Source: a virus
Lineage: Duplodnaviria; Caudoviricetes
DNA: 55,054 bases
IMG/VR virus record: IMGVR_UViG_3300049454_000015
Coordinates: 1 to 55,054 of that record
Direction: 5' to 3' (one strand)
The notes beneath the pieces were generated by a model that was given only the letters and a program-made list of their open reading frames with translations, made no database searches and was not told the DNA's origin. Made by a program: the position numbers and the translations under genes. Shown in pieces: positions 35,185 through 44,946 of the stretch (position 1 is its first letter; the number at the start of each line of letters is the position of its first letter).

Positions 35185-36657
35185 TTAGGAGCGGGCCGCG
35201 ATCTCGACGAACGGGGACAGGGTGGGCCCGCCGTTCGACGGGGTGATCGCGGACTGGATCCACGGCCGGCCGTCGACCCGCTGAATGATCCGGTACGCGG
35301 TCTGGTCGTTGCCGAACTTCCATTCCGTCGAGCTGGCCGCGGTCATGGTTTGCCGGTCGCCGATCAGGTAGTACGACAGGTCCACGAACGACAGGTCGGA
35401 GCGGGATCCGAGCCTGCCGGCCTTCTCGCTGATGACCAGCGGCCGCCCGAAGATCGTCACCGGTGCCGGGCCGGCGACGTTGGTCAGCATCACCGGGCCA
35501 CCACCGGTACCCACTGAAAGCGCCATCGTGAACAGCTCCGGCAGGGTCTCCGGGGAGGCGATCCAGATGCCCCGGGACAGCGACGCCGGGAGCATCCGCG
35601 AGTACATCTTGATGACGTTTTCCAGGACGATGGTCGCCGCGACCTGCCCGGATTCCTTGTCCACGGCGATACCAGCGTCATTGCCGGCGCCGAGGAACCC
35701 GAGCGGCTCCCCGACCCCGGTCCCGACCATGTACGCCGCGTCCTCGTACCAGGCCAGAGCCTCTGGCCACAGCCGCTCGATCAGCGCAGCGAAGCTGATC
35801 AGCGAATCGGCGAGCAGCTCGTTCGGGACGACCGACAGGCCCGTCAACTTCTTCGCGTCCAGCGTGGCCCGGCCGAACTTCGGTGCGCTCTCAGTGAACG
35901 CGGCCGACTCTTCGCCCCAGTAGGCGATCATCCCGCCGAACACCGAACCACTGTTAGTGCTGGCGTCGATCATGGGGAACGGAACCCGGGCGGTCTCCAT
36001 CGGCACGACCGTCGCGCGGGGGCGGACCACGGCCATTTCCAACGCGACCTGCAGCAGCTGCGACCGCAGCGTCTCCGGGACGAGGAAACCGCCATCGGCC
36101 GGCACCACGGACGACATGGCGTTGCGGATCCGCGCGATCTTGTCGAGGATCGTCTTGTCGGTCTGCAGGTGCCACGTCGAGTGGATGAACTCCCCGGCTG
36201 AGGCGAACTCGCTGTCGAGTGCCGCGCCGATCGCCTTCGGGTTGTAGGCGGTGGCCTGCTTGTGGGTGTTCAGCATGCCCGTGGGTCGGGTCTGCGGGTC
36301 CAGGTTCAGCCGCTTGATGCCGTCGCTTTTGCCCTGCTCGTCGTGGTCCTTGAGTAGCTGCGCGAGGACCCGCTGCGACTCTTCCGCGACCAGGCGCCGC
36401 ATTTCGCTGTCGGGGCCCTGGTACTTGTCTGCGTAGGCCTGCACGAACGCCTGTAGGGAATCCTTGGAGGCCATCACGCCGGAGAAGCGGCCCGGGTCGC
36501 CGAAGAACTCGGCCAGCTCATCGGCGTTGTTCGGCACCGGGAGATCCTTCGGCAGCGTGGCCGCCTTGTTCTGGATTTTGCCGAGGTCAGCGACCTTGAC
36601 CCCCATCGAATCAAGCGCGGCCTGCAGCCCTGGGCTGGTTTTGGTGGTGGTGCTCAT
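35185..36657 (-). CDS. major capsid protein (HK97 fold)
   Basis: DGGFLVPETL...FGRPLVISE...GDRQ...RVDGRP; N-terminal delta-domain-like region. Confidence 0.9.
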   Translation of the reverse strand: MSTTTKTSPGLQAALDSMGVKVADLGKIQNKAATLPKDLPVPNNADELAEFFGDPGRFSGVMASKDSLQAFVQAYADKYQGPDSEMRRLVAEESQRVLAQLLKDHDEQGKSDGIKRLNLDPQTRPTGMLNTHKQATAYNPKAIGAALDSEFASAGEFIHSTWHLQTDKTILDKIARIRNAMSSVVPADGGFLVPETLRSQLLQVALEMAVVRPRATVVPMETARVPFPMIDASTNSGSVFGGMIAYWGEESAAFTESAPKFGRATLDAKKLTGLSVVPNELLADSLISFAALIERLWPEALAWYEDAAYMVGTGVGEPLGFLGAGNDAGIAVDKESGQVAATIVLENVIKMYSRMLPASLSRGIWIASPETLPELFTMALSVGTGGGPVMLTNVAGPAPVTIFGRPLVISEKAGRLGSRSDLSFVDLSYYLIGDRQTMTAASSTEWKFGNDQTAYRIIQRVDGRPWIQSAITPSNGGPTLSPFVEIAARS

Positions 36658-37796
36658 AGCAATCTCTCCCTCAGAGCTGCGAATACGTCCTCTTGTGATG
36701 GGTCGATGAGCGGCTGAGTGAGTCCAGCCCACACCTCATCCAGATCGTCCCCGGCCGCGTGGGGTTCCCCGGTGTCCTGTACGGCTTCCCGTGCGCCTTC
36801 CTGCTCGCCTTCCTGTTCGGGCGGATCGGCGCCGGGATCCGGACCGTCTCCAGCGTGGTCCGGATCCGGCGCCGTCCCCGGGCCCGCAGCGTCCCCGCCG
36901 CTGCCAACAGACCCGGGATCCCCTCCCGCCACAGGGGGGCCTTCATCTTCGGTGCGAGGCGTCTCATCCTCGGCACCGGGATCGCCGCCTGACTGGGCCT
37001 GGTCCTGGCCGGCTGTGTTGACGGGCACCGGAACCGGTGTCGGGGCAGAGTCGCGGCCCGGGTAGCGGAACCGGCCGGAGGTCGACAACGCAGTCAGGTC
37101 GAACCGGCTACGGGCCCGGGCCCCGTCCGGGTCGGTCTCCGGCTCGTCCGGGTCCTCACCTGGGCGACGCGGCGGCGTGTCGGCCTGCTGGTCGGCCAGG
37201 CCGGTGTCCACCGCTTCGGACGCGGTGAGCCACATCTCCCCGCGCATCCGTTCCCGCCACTCCTCGCGGTCCCCGCCCGCGCGGGCCGCGTAGATCCCGG
37301 CGATCTCGCCGGACAGCTTGTCCAGCAGGTCCCGCATGGTGTCCATGTCCCCGGCGTTGCCGATGCAGATGCCCGACGCGTCGTGAATCATCATCTGCGC
37401 GCCGCGGTTCATGGTGACGTGGTCACCGGCCTGCGCCACGAACGACGCCGCGGAAGCGGCCATCCCGTCCACGACCACGTTCACCACGGACGGGTGGTCC
37501 AGCAACGCGTTGTAGATGACCAGCCCCTCGAACACCTCCCCGCCGGGGGAGTTGATCCGCAGCGTCAGTTCCGGCGCCCGGATCTCGTTCAACGTGGCCA
37601 CGAAGTCCTCGGCGCACACGCCCCAGAAGCCGATCTCATCGTAGATGTGCAGCTCAGGTGCGCCGTTGTCGTGGTTGACGAGCCGGAACCAGGACCGATC
37701 CGGGGTCTTCTGCAGGTTCCGAACCGGGCCGCTCGCGGTGTTGGCTGGCCGGGGAATGTCCACTCGCCGCATAGGCGTGTGCCTGCGTCTGGTCAT
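36654..37796 (-). CDS. ClpP-like (S14) prohead protease
   Basis: IYDEIG...INSPGGEVFEG...AASAAS...MMIHDAS. Confidence 0.9.
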   Translation of the reverse strand: MTRRRHTPMRRVDIPRPANTASGPVRNLQKTPDRSWFRLVNHDNGAPELHIYDEIGFWGVCAEDFVATLNEIRAPELTLRINSPGGEVFEGLVIYNALLDHPSVVNVVVDGMAASAASFVAQAGDHVTMNRGAQMMIHDASGICIGNAGDMDTMRDLLDKLSGEIAGIYAARAGGDREEWRERMRGEMWLTASEAVDTGLADQQADTPPRRPGEDPDEPETDPDGARARSRFDLTALSTSGRFRYPGRDSAPTPVPVPVNTAGQDQAQSGGDPGAEDETPRTEDEGPPVAGGDPGSVGSGGDAAGPGTAPDPDHAGDGPDPGADPPEQEGEQEGAREAVQDTGEPHAAGDDLDEVWAGLTQPLIDPSQEDVFAALRERLL

Positions 37797-39367
37797 GTCT
37801 TCTCCGGTTCCTTTTCCTGCCACTTCGACCGGTCGTCACCGCCGCGGTACACGGCGACGACCTGGCCGCGGCACCGCAACCCGCCCTCACACCGGATGTA
37901 GGTCCCGGCCGGGTACTCGGCTACGGCGTCATCAATGCTGTTGCCGAGCCACCGGCCGTTGATCTCCCGGCAGGGCCCGCACGTGTTGGCGTCCAGGGTC
38001 TCATTGCCGTAGTAGGCGGTCACGGGCGCCGCGCGCATCGTGGCGATACGCCCGTGGTGCTGGGCCTCCGACAGGGCCCCGCCGAGCTGCAGCCGCGGCT
38101 GCGCGTCGGTGAGCGCGTCGAGGTGTTCCCGGACCCGCGCCGCCACGTCGGCGCCAGGCGCGCCGGGCCAGTGCACCCGCAGAGCCTCCCGCGCCGCGGA
38201 CAGCACCACCCCGGTGCCGAGGATCCCCGCAGCGACCGCGGCGAGCACCACCAGGGTGTCACGGACCGGATGCGCCGCAACCACCTCCAACGCGCCCTGT
38301 GCGACGGCTTCCGCGGCGGCCCCCTCCGCGGCGAGCGTGGCCAGCTCGACCATAACGTCGGTCAGGGTCTCGGTAGCCCCGGCGTCGGGGGCAGTCAGGG
38401 TGGACAGCCGGCCGAGGTCCCCGGCGTCGATGGCTTCGGCGATCTGGCGGGCCAGGTCGGTGTACTGCTCGTCCAGGATCGGACCCCACGCGGCCAGCAG
38501 CTGCGCCAGGGCGTCTTCCCACTGCTGCTGAAGCTCGGACAGGTCCACGTCCGGCGCGCCCGGCCCGTCGTCGTCTGCGGCGGCCCACGGCGGCGGCCAG
38601 CCGGCGACGATCGGACGGCGGGACATGGTCGCCCCCGGAGCAGGGGGCACGGGCACCTGCTCCGGGGGCGGGTCAGGGGGCAACACAATCAGCGTCATGT
38701 CGTACCCGAATTTATCGTTTTTCTTGACGCTGGCCACGGCGAAATTCAGGCCGTCGGGCAGGACAATCTCCCGCTCATCCGGGTTCCTGGAATAGCGCGC
38801 GGCGAAAACCGCCGGGGTTCCCTTCGGCACGGCAATTTTCATTTGAACGTTGCCCAGTGAACCGCCGTAGGCCAACCCCAGGGACACCGAGCTGAACCCG
38901 GCATCTTTCACTTTTTTGCCGGCCAAGTCCTCGATCGGGACCGAGCCGAACGCGTCGAGGGAGACCGTTCGGGTAAGTATCAGGTCGTCCTCGGTCGGGT
39001 GCATCGCCGCCCGAAGATTGTCGATCGTAGTGGACTCGTCGATGTCCTTACCCGCGCGCAATGCCCGGTTGATCTCTAGGAACGCGTCTCCGGTGTAGCG
39101 GTCCACGGCGTTGGACTGGTCCTCGGGCAGGGCCGGACCGCTGTTCAGATAGTCGGTTGCTTCCTGGTCAGACGCGAATTTCTTCGGTCTGAAATTGGAG
39201 ATTATCTCGTTGCCGGCTGCCTTGTCCTCGTCGGTGAGTTCGACCGTCCGGGACTTCGTGAACCGGCCGCGTCGGTCACGCGGGTGCAGTGCGGGGTTCC
39301 ACTCGTCCCACGGTCCCCAGTCCAGGTCAACGAGGTGACCCGTGGTCTGTTCCCACGTAGCGGTCAT
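37793..39367 (-). CDS. VIP2-like ADP-ribosyltransferase fused to MuF-like head protein
   Basis: YT..F.EINRALR...LTRTV...GFSSVSL...EREIVLP (R-S-E); C-terminal DANTCGPC...CEGGLRCRG; between portal and protease. Confidence 0.8.
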   Translation of the reverse strand: MTATWEQTTGHLVDLDWGPWDEWNPALHPRDRRGRFTKSRTVELTDEDKAAGNEIISNFRPKKFASDQEATDYLNSGPALPEDQSNAVDRYTGDAFLEINRALRAGKDIDESTTIDNLRAAMHPTEDDLILTRTVSLDAFGSVPIEDLAGKKVKDAGFSSVSLGLAYGGSLGNVQMKIAVPKGTPAVFAARYSRNPDEREIVLPDGLNFAVASVKKNDKFGYDMTLIVLPPDPPPEQVPVPPAPGATMSRRPIVAGWPPPWAAADDDGPGAPDVDLSELQQQWEDALAQLLAAWGPILDEQYTDLARQIAEAIDAGDLGRLSTLTAPDAGATETLTDVMVELATLAAEGAAAEAVAQGALEVVAAHPVRDTLVVLAAVAAGILGTGVVLSAAREALRVHWPGAPGADVAARVREHLDALTDAQPRLQLGGALSEAQHHGRIATMRAAPVTAYYGNETLDANTCGPCREINGRWLGNSIDDAVAEYPAGTYIRCEGGLRCRGQVVAVYRGGDDRSKWQEKEPEKT

Positions 39368-40707
39368 TCGTCGTCACCGCCGAACAAACCCCAGTCCAGG
39401 TCACCCTCTCTGTCTTCGGCTAGGGTGCTGGCCGCTTCGCCGGGTTCCGTCTCCGGTTCGGTGCCTGGTTCCTTGCCCTGCTCCGTGCCCGGAGGCAAGG
39501 CGGGGGCAGCGGCCACCGCGATGTCAGGCAGCTCCAACGCGCGGAGCACATCGGACCGGTCGAACCCGGTCCCGATGAACACCTGCGCGGCGTTGACCTT
39601 CGCGGTCAGCTCCGCGTTGTCGGCTTCTCGGTCCTTCGGCACCGGCGACACGTAGTCCCACGTCAGCCCGGTCGTGGTGGCCGGCCCGAACATCGGCAGC
39701 AGCCTGGTGTTCAACGCTTCACGTCGCCGGTTCAGCCGGGGCACGGTCAGCCACTGCGCGAACAGGGTTTCCATCGCGTCTGCATTGGCCCGGTTCACGT
39801 CCTCGACGACACCGAGCATGGATTTCGGGAAGCCGTAGGCCTCCCGGATCACATCCCGCGCGACGCCCCGCAGCTCCGCGAACTGCATATCCCGCATCGT
39901 GTATTTCCGGTCGACCCACTTGCCCTTTTCCACGATCGCGACCCGGTGCGCGCGGGAAACACCCTTGTGTTGCTCCTGCCACCGGTCCACCATCTGCCTG
40001 AAATCGCGGTCGCTCAGCGTCCGGTCGACCTCGACGATGCCGCCGGGTTCAGCCGAGTTCAGGAAGAAATTACGGTTCCACTCCGCGGACAGCCGGTTCG
40101 CTTCCAGGTCAGCGAGGATCGACTGCACCGGGCCGATACCCCTGTACGGGTCCACCGGATTCGGCCGGCGGATCAGAACCACCTCGTCCAGGCGCAGCGG
40201 GATCCGTTCACCGTCCGGGCTGACGTACTCGTACCCGGACAGGTACTTCTCCGGGTGAGGCAGCGGCACCATGCGGTCCGGGCGGACCGGCCACATTTCC
40301 AGCGGGATCCGCGCGCGGGGATCCCGGGCGATCACCCACCATTCCTCCCCGACCAGTTCGTAATGCTGCTGCCCGCATTCCACGAATTCGGACCTGGGCA
40401 TGAACGGGTTCGGCTTTTCCCACAGGTCGACCGCGGCATGGGAGGTGACCGGGGTCCGGTCCTTTTCGAGGCCCGATTTCGCCTCACGCCACAGGTTCCA
40501 CTCGTTCTGGCTGCAGGCCGTGGCGAGCCGGTCCACGATCGCGAACAGGGTCCCGACGCTGGTCATGGCCTGCAGCTGGCCCACCACATCGTTGCGTGTG
40601 AACCAGCCGGACGTGTAGCTGGCGGCACGTGAAGAGAGGGGGATGGGGGAGCGGACTGTCAGCTGATCCCGGACGCCAGCGATTGCGGACCCGAGGGGGG
40701 ATTTCAC
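39364..40707 (-). CDS. portal protein (HK97 family)
   Basis: LWEKPNPF...WPVRPDRM...YRGIGPVQ...FFLNSAEPGG. Confidence 0.9.
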   Translation of the reverse strand: MKSPLGSAIAGVRDQLTVRSPIPLSSRAASYTSGWFTRNDVVGQLQAMTSVGTLFAIVDRLATACSQNEWNLWREAKSGLEKDRTPVTSHAAVDLWEKPNPFMPRSEFVECGQQHYELVGEEWWVIARDPRARIPLEMWPVRPDRMVPLPHPEKYLSGYEYVSPDGERIPLRLDEVVLIRRPNPVDPYRGIGPVQSILADLEANRLSAEWNRNFFLNSAEPGGIVEVDRTLSDRDFRQMVDRWQEQHKGVSRAHRVAIVEKGKWVDRKYTMRDMQFAELRGVARDVIREAYGFPKSMLGVVEDVNRANADAMETLFAQWLTVPRLNRRREALNTRLLPMFGPATTTGLTWDYVSPVPKDREADNAELTAKVNAAQVFIGTGFDRSDVLRALELPDIAVAAAPALPPGTEQGKEPGTEPETEPGEAASTLAEDREGDLDWGLFGGDDE

Positions 40708-40765
40708 CCGGCACCGACATGGATCATGATTTGGAGTGTAGAGGCAGGCCAGCCGGGTTGTCCGC

Positions 40766-40829
40766 GCGAAACCCTCAACCTGAGCTGGACTCAACAGGTT
40801 GTTGAGTCCAGCGCGGGTTGAGGGTTCGC
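40766..40829. repeat. 64-bp imperfect palindrome containing copy 2 of the 43-bp element (40784-40826)
   Basis: GCGAAACCCTCAACC-TGA-GCTGGACTCAACA-GGT-TGTTGAGTCCAGC-GCG-GGTTGAGGGTTCGC. Confidence 0.9.
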
Positions 40830-41002
40830 CGGGAGTCGGGCCGGGGAACCTCCTGCTCGAAGTAGCTTGCGCCAGGGAACGGCAGCACGCACATCCGCCC
40901 GTCCCGGTGCCGAGGATGATCGGCCTCGCTGCAGCCCTCGCAGCACAACTCGGACGGCGGCTCGCAGGCCGGTCCATGCAGGTCGCAGCACGATCGGGTC
41001 AT
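40775..41002 (-). CDS. small Cys/His-rich protein
   Basis: ATGA overlap; CC..H..C..CC..C..H..H..C; runs into the palindrome. Confidence 0.5.
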   Translation of the reverse strand: MTRSCCDLHGPACEPPSELCCEGCSEADHPRHRDGRMCVLPFPGASYFEQEVPRPDSRRTLNPRWTQQPVESSSG

Positions 41003-41568
41003 GCGTGGTCGGCCGGCACCGAAGACTCGACCACGATCTCAGCCCACATGGCCGGCAAGGCGTCTCGGGACGCCTGCTCAAGCGGGCCATCCACCCAGCC
41101 ATTCGATACCGCCAACCGGACCTGGTCTTCGCTGGTCACCGCGACCAGCACCAGATCCTCAGCGGTCCGGCGCCGGATCAGGCCCGGGCAGCGTTCCAAC
41201 GCGAACACAGCACATCGTTGGTCCAGCCACGGTTCAGTGATCACCGGAACTCTCGTTTCCAGATCATCGACGTATCGCAGCGCGGTGCTGATCGTGGACA
41301 TAACCAGGTAGCGGCGGCGCCACGGCACCGGCCGCCCGCACACCTGACACAGCCCGGCGATGACGCATTGGCGTTGCCGGCCGTGGTGCTGCCGCAGGAA
41401 GTTCGGGGTGTCGCCGTAGTCCGGCATGAAGATCGCCAGGCCACGGACGTACGGGTCGTAGCGCATCTCGAACCGGTTCTGGTCCTCGACCCCGTACCGG
41501 TTGATGTACGGCACCGGGATGCCCCTCCGGTCGACGCGTAGGTGCCCCAGCCAGTCAGGTACCTGCAC
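40999..41568 (-). CDS. Zn-binding actinophage protein
   Basis: IPVPYI...HGRQRQC...LCQVCG...EP...CA..ALERCPGL. Confidence 0.7.
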   Translation of the reverse strand: MQVPDWLGHLRVDRRGIPVPYINRYGVEDQNRFEMRYDPYVRGLAIFMPDYGDTPNFLRQHHGRQRQCVIAGLCQVCGRPVPWRRRYLVMSTISTALRYVDDLETRVPVITEPWLDQRCAVFALERCPGLIRRRTAEDLVLVAVTSEDQVRLAVSNGWVDGPLEQASRDALPAMWAEIVVESSVPADHA

Positions 41569-41725
41569 GGCCGGCCCCCCGCCTGGCAGCCTTGCGCTGG
41601 GCCCGTTCGGCCGCGCGGCGCGCCGCGCGGCCGGTCAGCTTCGGAACTGTCTCCGGCAGTTCCGACTTCGGGCGCCGCCCGTCACGCGTGGGCCACATCC
41701 ATACCTTCCCCGACTCGTTAGCCAT
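41555..41725 (-). CDS. small basic protein
   Basis: 56 aa, fills the gap, GGAG upstream. Confidence 0.4.
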   Translation of the reverse strand: MANESGKVWMWPTRDGRRPKSELPETVPKLTGRAARRAAERAQRKAARRGAGRAGT

Positions 41726-41993
41726 GGGTCGCATGCTCCAATTCGAGGATCCGCTGAGACAGGGTGGTGGTGACCTGGCCGGCGGGCATGTCGGCGATCT
41801 GCTCGGCGAGGCGCCGCAGCTCGGCTGCCAGCAGATCCGCGGCGACGGCTTCCAGTTCGGCCCGGACCCGCGCCATGCGGGTGCCTTTCGCGTGGACGGT
41901 CAGGCGGTCCCACGCCCGCGGATCCGCGGACAACGCCATGCCGGCCCGCGCCGCCCGTTCGAGCAGCTCGTCAGGGATGTGCAGGTCAGTCAC
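41718..41993 (-). CDS. hypothetical protein
   Basis: helical ORF in coupled gene run. Confidence 0.5.
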   Translation of the reverse strand: MTDLHIPDELLERAARAGMALSADPRAWDRLTVHAKGTRMARVRAELEAVAADLLAAELRRLAEQIADMPAGQVTTTLSQRILELEHATHG

Positions 41994-42204
41994 GTTGTAA
42001 CCATTCCAGGTAGAGGGCACCGGCACCGGCCACGGCCCAGCCGGCGATGCGGGAAGCGTGGAACGCGGCCACCGTGAAGCAGCCGAGGCCGGCGACGACC
42101 AGAGCGGGTGAGGTGAGGACCCGGGCCCGGGTGCGGAACCGGCGGCCGGCGCGGACCGCTACGGCGTGGGCCCGGGTACGGCGAGACGGGCGGGAACGGT
42201 TCAC
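41986..42204 (-). CDS. small 2-TM membrane protein
   Basis: typical small membrane gene between terminase and portal; GTGA overlap. Confidence 0.55.
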   Translation of the reverse strand: MNRSRPSRRTRAHAVAVRAGRRFRTRARVLTSPALVVAGLGCFTVAAFHASRIAGWAVAGAGALYLEWLQRD

Positions 42205-42470
42205 TGGCCGGTAGCCCTCCGGCATACGCCGATCTCGTCCGCCAGTACCACCAGCACCTGTAGGTCGAACTGCTTCGACTTGACGGTCTCCGCGATGTCC
42301 GCCACGTACCGGTCCAGCTGATCGTTCGACATGGGCCCCTTGACGCGGATTACCAGCGCATCGCCCGGGCCGACCGACACGGCCTGAGCTATCCGGCGTA
42401 GCCACGCCGCTGCTTCGGTCTCGGCCGGGCCTGCGTCGGGGCTGGTTGAGGTGGTCTCCTCGGTGGTCAC
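42201..42470 (-). CDS. hypothetical protein
   Basis: GTGA overlap with TerL. Confidence 0.55.
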   Translation of the reverse strand: MTTEETTSTSPDAGPAETEAAAWLRRIAQAVSVGPGDALVIRVKGPMSNDQLDRYVADIAETVKSKQFDLQVLVVLADEIGVCRRATGQ

Positions 42471-43846
42471 ATGAACCTCACGTTGGGCTGTCCGCCGAGG
42501 TCACGTTCGGCGACCAGGTACCGCATCGCGTCCATGCCGTGGTCGTTGTCCTTCACTGGCGCCTCTTTCTGCTTGTCCCACACGTAGGCCCCGATCTCAT
42601 CGACGGTGCACACCGGCAGCTTCCGGTCGTCAAGGTCCTGGTCCAGCTCGACCAGCGAATCGCGGAGCACGAACAACCGCGGCCGGCCATCCCCGGCCGG
42701 GCGGATCCTCGACTTGGTGGCGTCGATGCCGTCCGCCACGTTCTTCTCGGCCGCCGTCGTGGACCGGCCCAGATGCCGTTCAAGGGTGGCGCGGCCCTCA
42801 GCGTCGTGGTCGCAGACGATCCCCCGCGGCTCCGGCTCGGTCCAGCGGACCGAGCGGTGCAGGTAGTCCGGTTGCCCGTCCGGGCCGGGCGGGACGGTCC
42901 GCTGGTCGGTGACCTGGGCAAGGACCGTGCGGGCGTGGTCCTCGACCAGCTGTCGGGTCCGGTAGATCTCCCGGTACAGGAACAGCCGGCCGTCCGTGTC
43001 TTCGGCCCAGCACTGCCACACAAACGGGTTGGTGTACCCGAAGTCCACGACCCACCACCGGTCCCAGTCCCGGGGGATCCAGAACCTGTCGACCAGGTTC
43101 ACCGCCGGATCCCACTCTTCGTAGATCACCCCTTCCGCCGCCACCCACAGCCCATCTTTGAGACGCAGCCGGCGAACCCCGGTGAGCTTCCCCAGCTTCC
43201 CCTCGACGTAGTCACGGCCCCGGTCGGTGGGGGTGCCGTCCTCGTGGAAGTACACCGGATTGTCGGTGTGCCGGCACCCCAGGATCCGGGTCGCCCCGTC
43301 ATCGCAGCGTTTCTTCAGCCAGTGCGTAGGAGCGGACGGGTTCGTGTCCGCGATGACCTGCTGGTAGGGCATCGTGCCGTGCCGCAGCCGCGTCACGATC
43401 GCTTCCCAGTCGTCCACCGTCAACTCGACTGCCTCTTGCACGAACACCACGTCGTACTCCGTCGACATGATCTTGCTTGGCTTGTCCATCCCGCCGATGC
43501 TGACCGTCGACCCGTTCGCATACCGGTACTGCGGCGGATGCCGCCGCGACCCCCCGTGGTAGGTCACCAACCCCGTACGCAGCGCCTCCGGGATCACCGT
43601 CTCTTCCCAGGTCTGCAGAGCAGACGACGTCAACGACACGGCGGTCTTACGCACGATCAGGCCATGCGCGCCCGGGTACTTCAAGGACTGCAGATGCAGC
43701 TTTTCCAGGCATGCCCTGCTCTTGCCGGTGCCAGCGGGCCCGGACATGAGGATCTCGGGTTCCCGGCACTCCAGCAACGCCCGCGCCGCGCCGCGCGGCG
43801 CGTAATGGTGGACGAGCCGCTCACCGTCCAGCACATCCGCGGTCAC
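42467..43846 (-). CDS. terL: terminase large subunit (PBSX-like)
   Basis: Walker A GPAGTGKS, Walker B VFVQEA, DTNP, VDFG, NDHGMDAMRY. Confidence 0.93.
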   Translation of the reverse strand: MTADVLDGERLVHHYAPRGAARALLECREPEILMSGPAGTGKSRACLEKLHLQSLKYPGAHGLIVRKTAVSLTSSALQTWEETVIPEALRTGLVTYHGGSRRHPPQYRYANGSTVSIGGMDKPSKIMSTEYDVVFVQEAVELTVDDWEAIVTRLRHGTMPYQQVIADTNPSAPTHWLKKRCDDGATRILGCRHTDNPVYFHEDGTPTDRGRDYVEGKLGKLTGVRRLRLKDGLWVAAEGVIYEEWDPAVNLVDRFWIPRDWDRWWVVDFGYTNPFVWQCWAEDTDGRLFLYREIYRTRQLVEDHARTVLAQVTDQRTVPPGPDGQPDYLHRSVRWTEPEPRGIVCDHDAEGRATLERHLGRSTTAAEKNVADGIDATKSRIRPAGDGRPRLFVLRDSLVELDQDLDDRKLPVCTVDEIGAYVWDKQKEAPVKDNDHGMDAMRYLVAERDLGGQPNVRFM

Positions 43847-44313
43847 AGCTTCTCCGGGTCGACACCGGAGATCGTGTAGTCCACCGTCCCCGCGACCTCG
43901 ACCCTGTCCGGGGCGTTGACTCCGAGCAGCCGGCGGCGTTCCACGGACAGCTGCCGCAGCTCCCGCAGCGCGGCCAACGCGGGCCCGTCATCGGCCATGG
44001 GCCGCCCGTCTTCGCCCCGCACGATGTCCGTACCCGAGGTGGCGACGTGCCCCCGGTCAACGATCTCCCACACCCGCTGGGCGATCTGGTCGATCCGGTC
44101 CAGCTCGACTAGGCGCAGCTCGGCCAGCGAGGCGTCCGTGAGTTGCTTGGCCTGCTCGTAGGCGCGCTGGACGTCTTTGTGGGCGGCCTGTTTGTTGCTG
44201 TAGCCCAACTCGTCGGCGATCTTCTGCCAGGGCCAGTTCTTCAGGCGCAGCTCGACTGCGCGGCGGCGGCGTTCGGTGACCAGGAACCGTTCGGCGGCGG
44301 GTCGGCGAGGCAT
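43843..44313 (-). CDS. terS: terminase small subunit
   Basis: N-terminal HTH (WQKIADELGYS), ERRRLLGVNAP; directly upstream of TerL. Confidence 0.8.
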   Translation of the reverse strand: MPRRPAAERFLVTERRRRAVELRLKNWPWQKIADELGYSNKQAAHKDVQRAYEQAKQLTDASLAELRLVELDRIDQIAQRVWEIVDRGHVATSGTDIVRGEDGRPMADDGPALAALRELRQLSVERRRLLGVNAPDRVEVAGTVDYTISGVDPEKL

Positions 44314-44386
44314 CGGGGGGTCGGCCTCCTTGTGGTCGGCAATTCGGCGGGGGTGGTGATCTCAGGGTGCCTGACGGTGGGGGGTG

Positions 44387-44548
44387 TTATCGGTCGGGTT
44401 TACGGGGGATGTCGAAACCGGCGTCGATCCATGCCCGCTCGGCTGCTTGTGCTTGGCCTGCTCGCCACCAGCAGGGGAGGCACGGGAGAGCGCGGCGTCC
44501 GCGGAAGTCGCAGACGGGGCAGCGCGCCGGCCGGTGCTCGCGGGTCAT
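44387..44548 (-). CDS. small Zn-finger protein
   Basis: CPVC...CLPC; ATGA overlap. Confidence 0.45.
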   Translation of the reverse strand: MTREHRPARCPVCDFRGRRALPCLPCWWRAGQAQAAERAWIDAGFDIPRKPDR

Positions 44549-44946
44549 GGCGGCATGCCAGGGCCGTTGACCTGGAACTCGGTGTGGCAGGCCCCGCACC
44601 AGATGGTGAGCAGGGTGCACACGTAGTCGGGCTGTTCGTCGGTGACGGTGTTCGGGCCGGCGAATTTGCAGTCGGGGCAGGGCTCGTCGATGGCGGTCCC
44701 GGGTGGGGGTGCTTCGGTGTGGAGGCGGTAGCCGGTGGTGGTCGGGCGGAACCGGTCGAGTTGGATGCGAGTCCGGCGGCCGGGTTTGGCTACCTGCTTG
44801 TCCTCGTGCCGGCTGGCCGGTCGGCCGCGTTGTCCGACGAGTTCCACCATGGCGTACCGGCCGCTGATCTCAACGACGCGTACCAGCCGGCCAGCTGCGC
44901 GTTTGTCGTTGTCGGCCCACACCTGGTTGACGCGGACCCTCGTCAT
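44545..44946 (-). CDS. SH3-like plus Zn-ribbon hypothetical protein
   Basis: QVWADNDKR..GRLVRVVEI; CPDC...CGAC. Confidence 0.6.
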   Translation of the reverse strand: MTRVRVNQVWADNDKRAAGRLVRVVEISGRYAMVELVGQRGRPASRHEDKQVAKPGRRTRIQLDRFRPTTTGYRLHTEAPPPGTAIDEPCPDCKFAGPNTVTDEQPDYVCTLLTIWCGACHTEFQVNGPGMPP

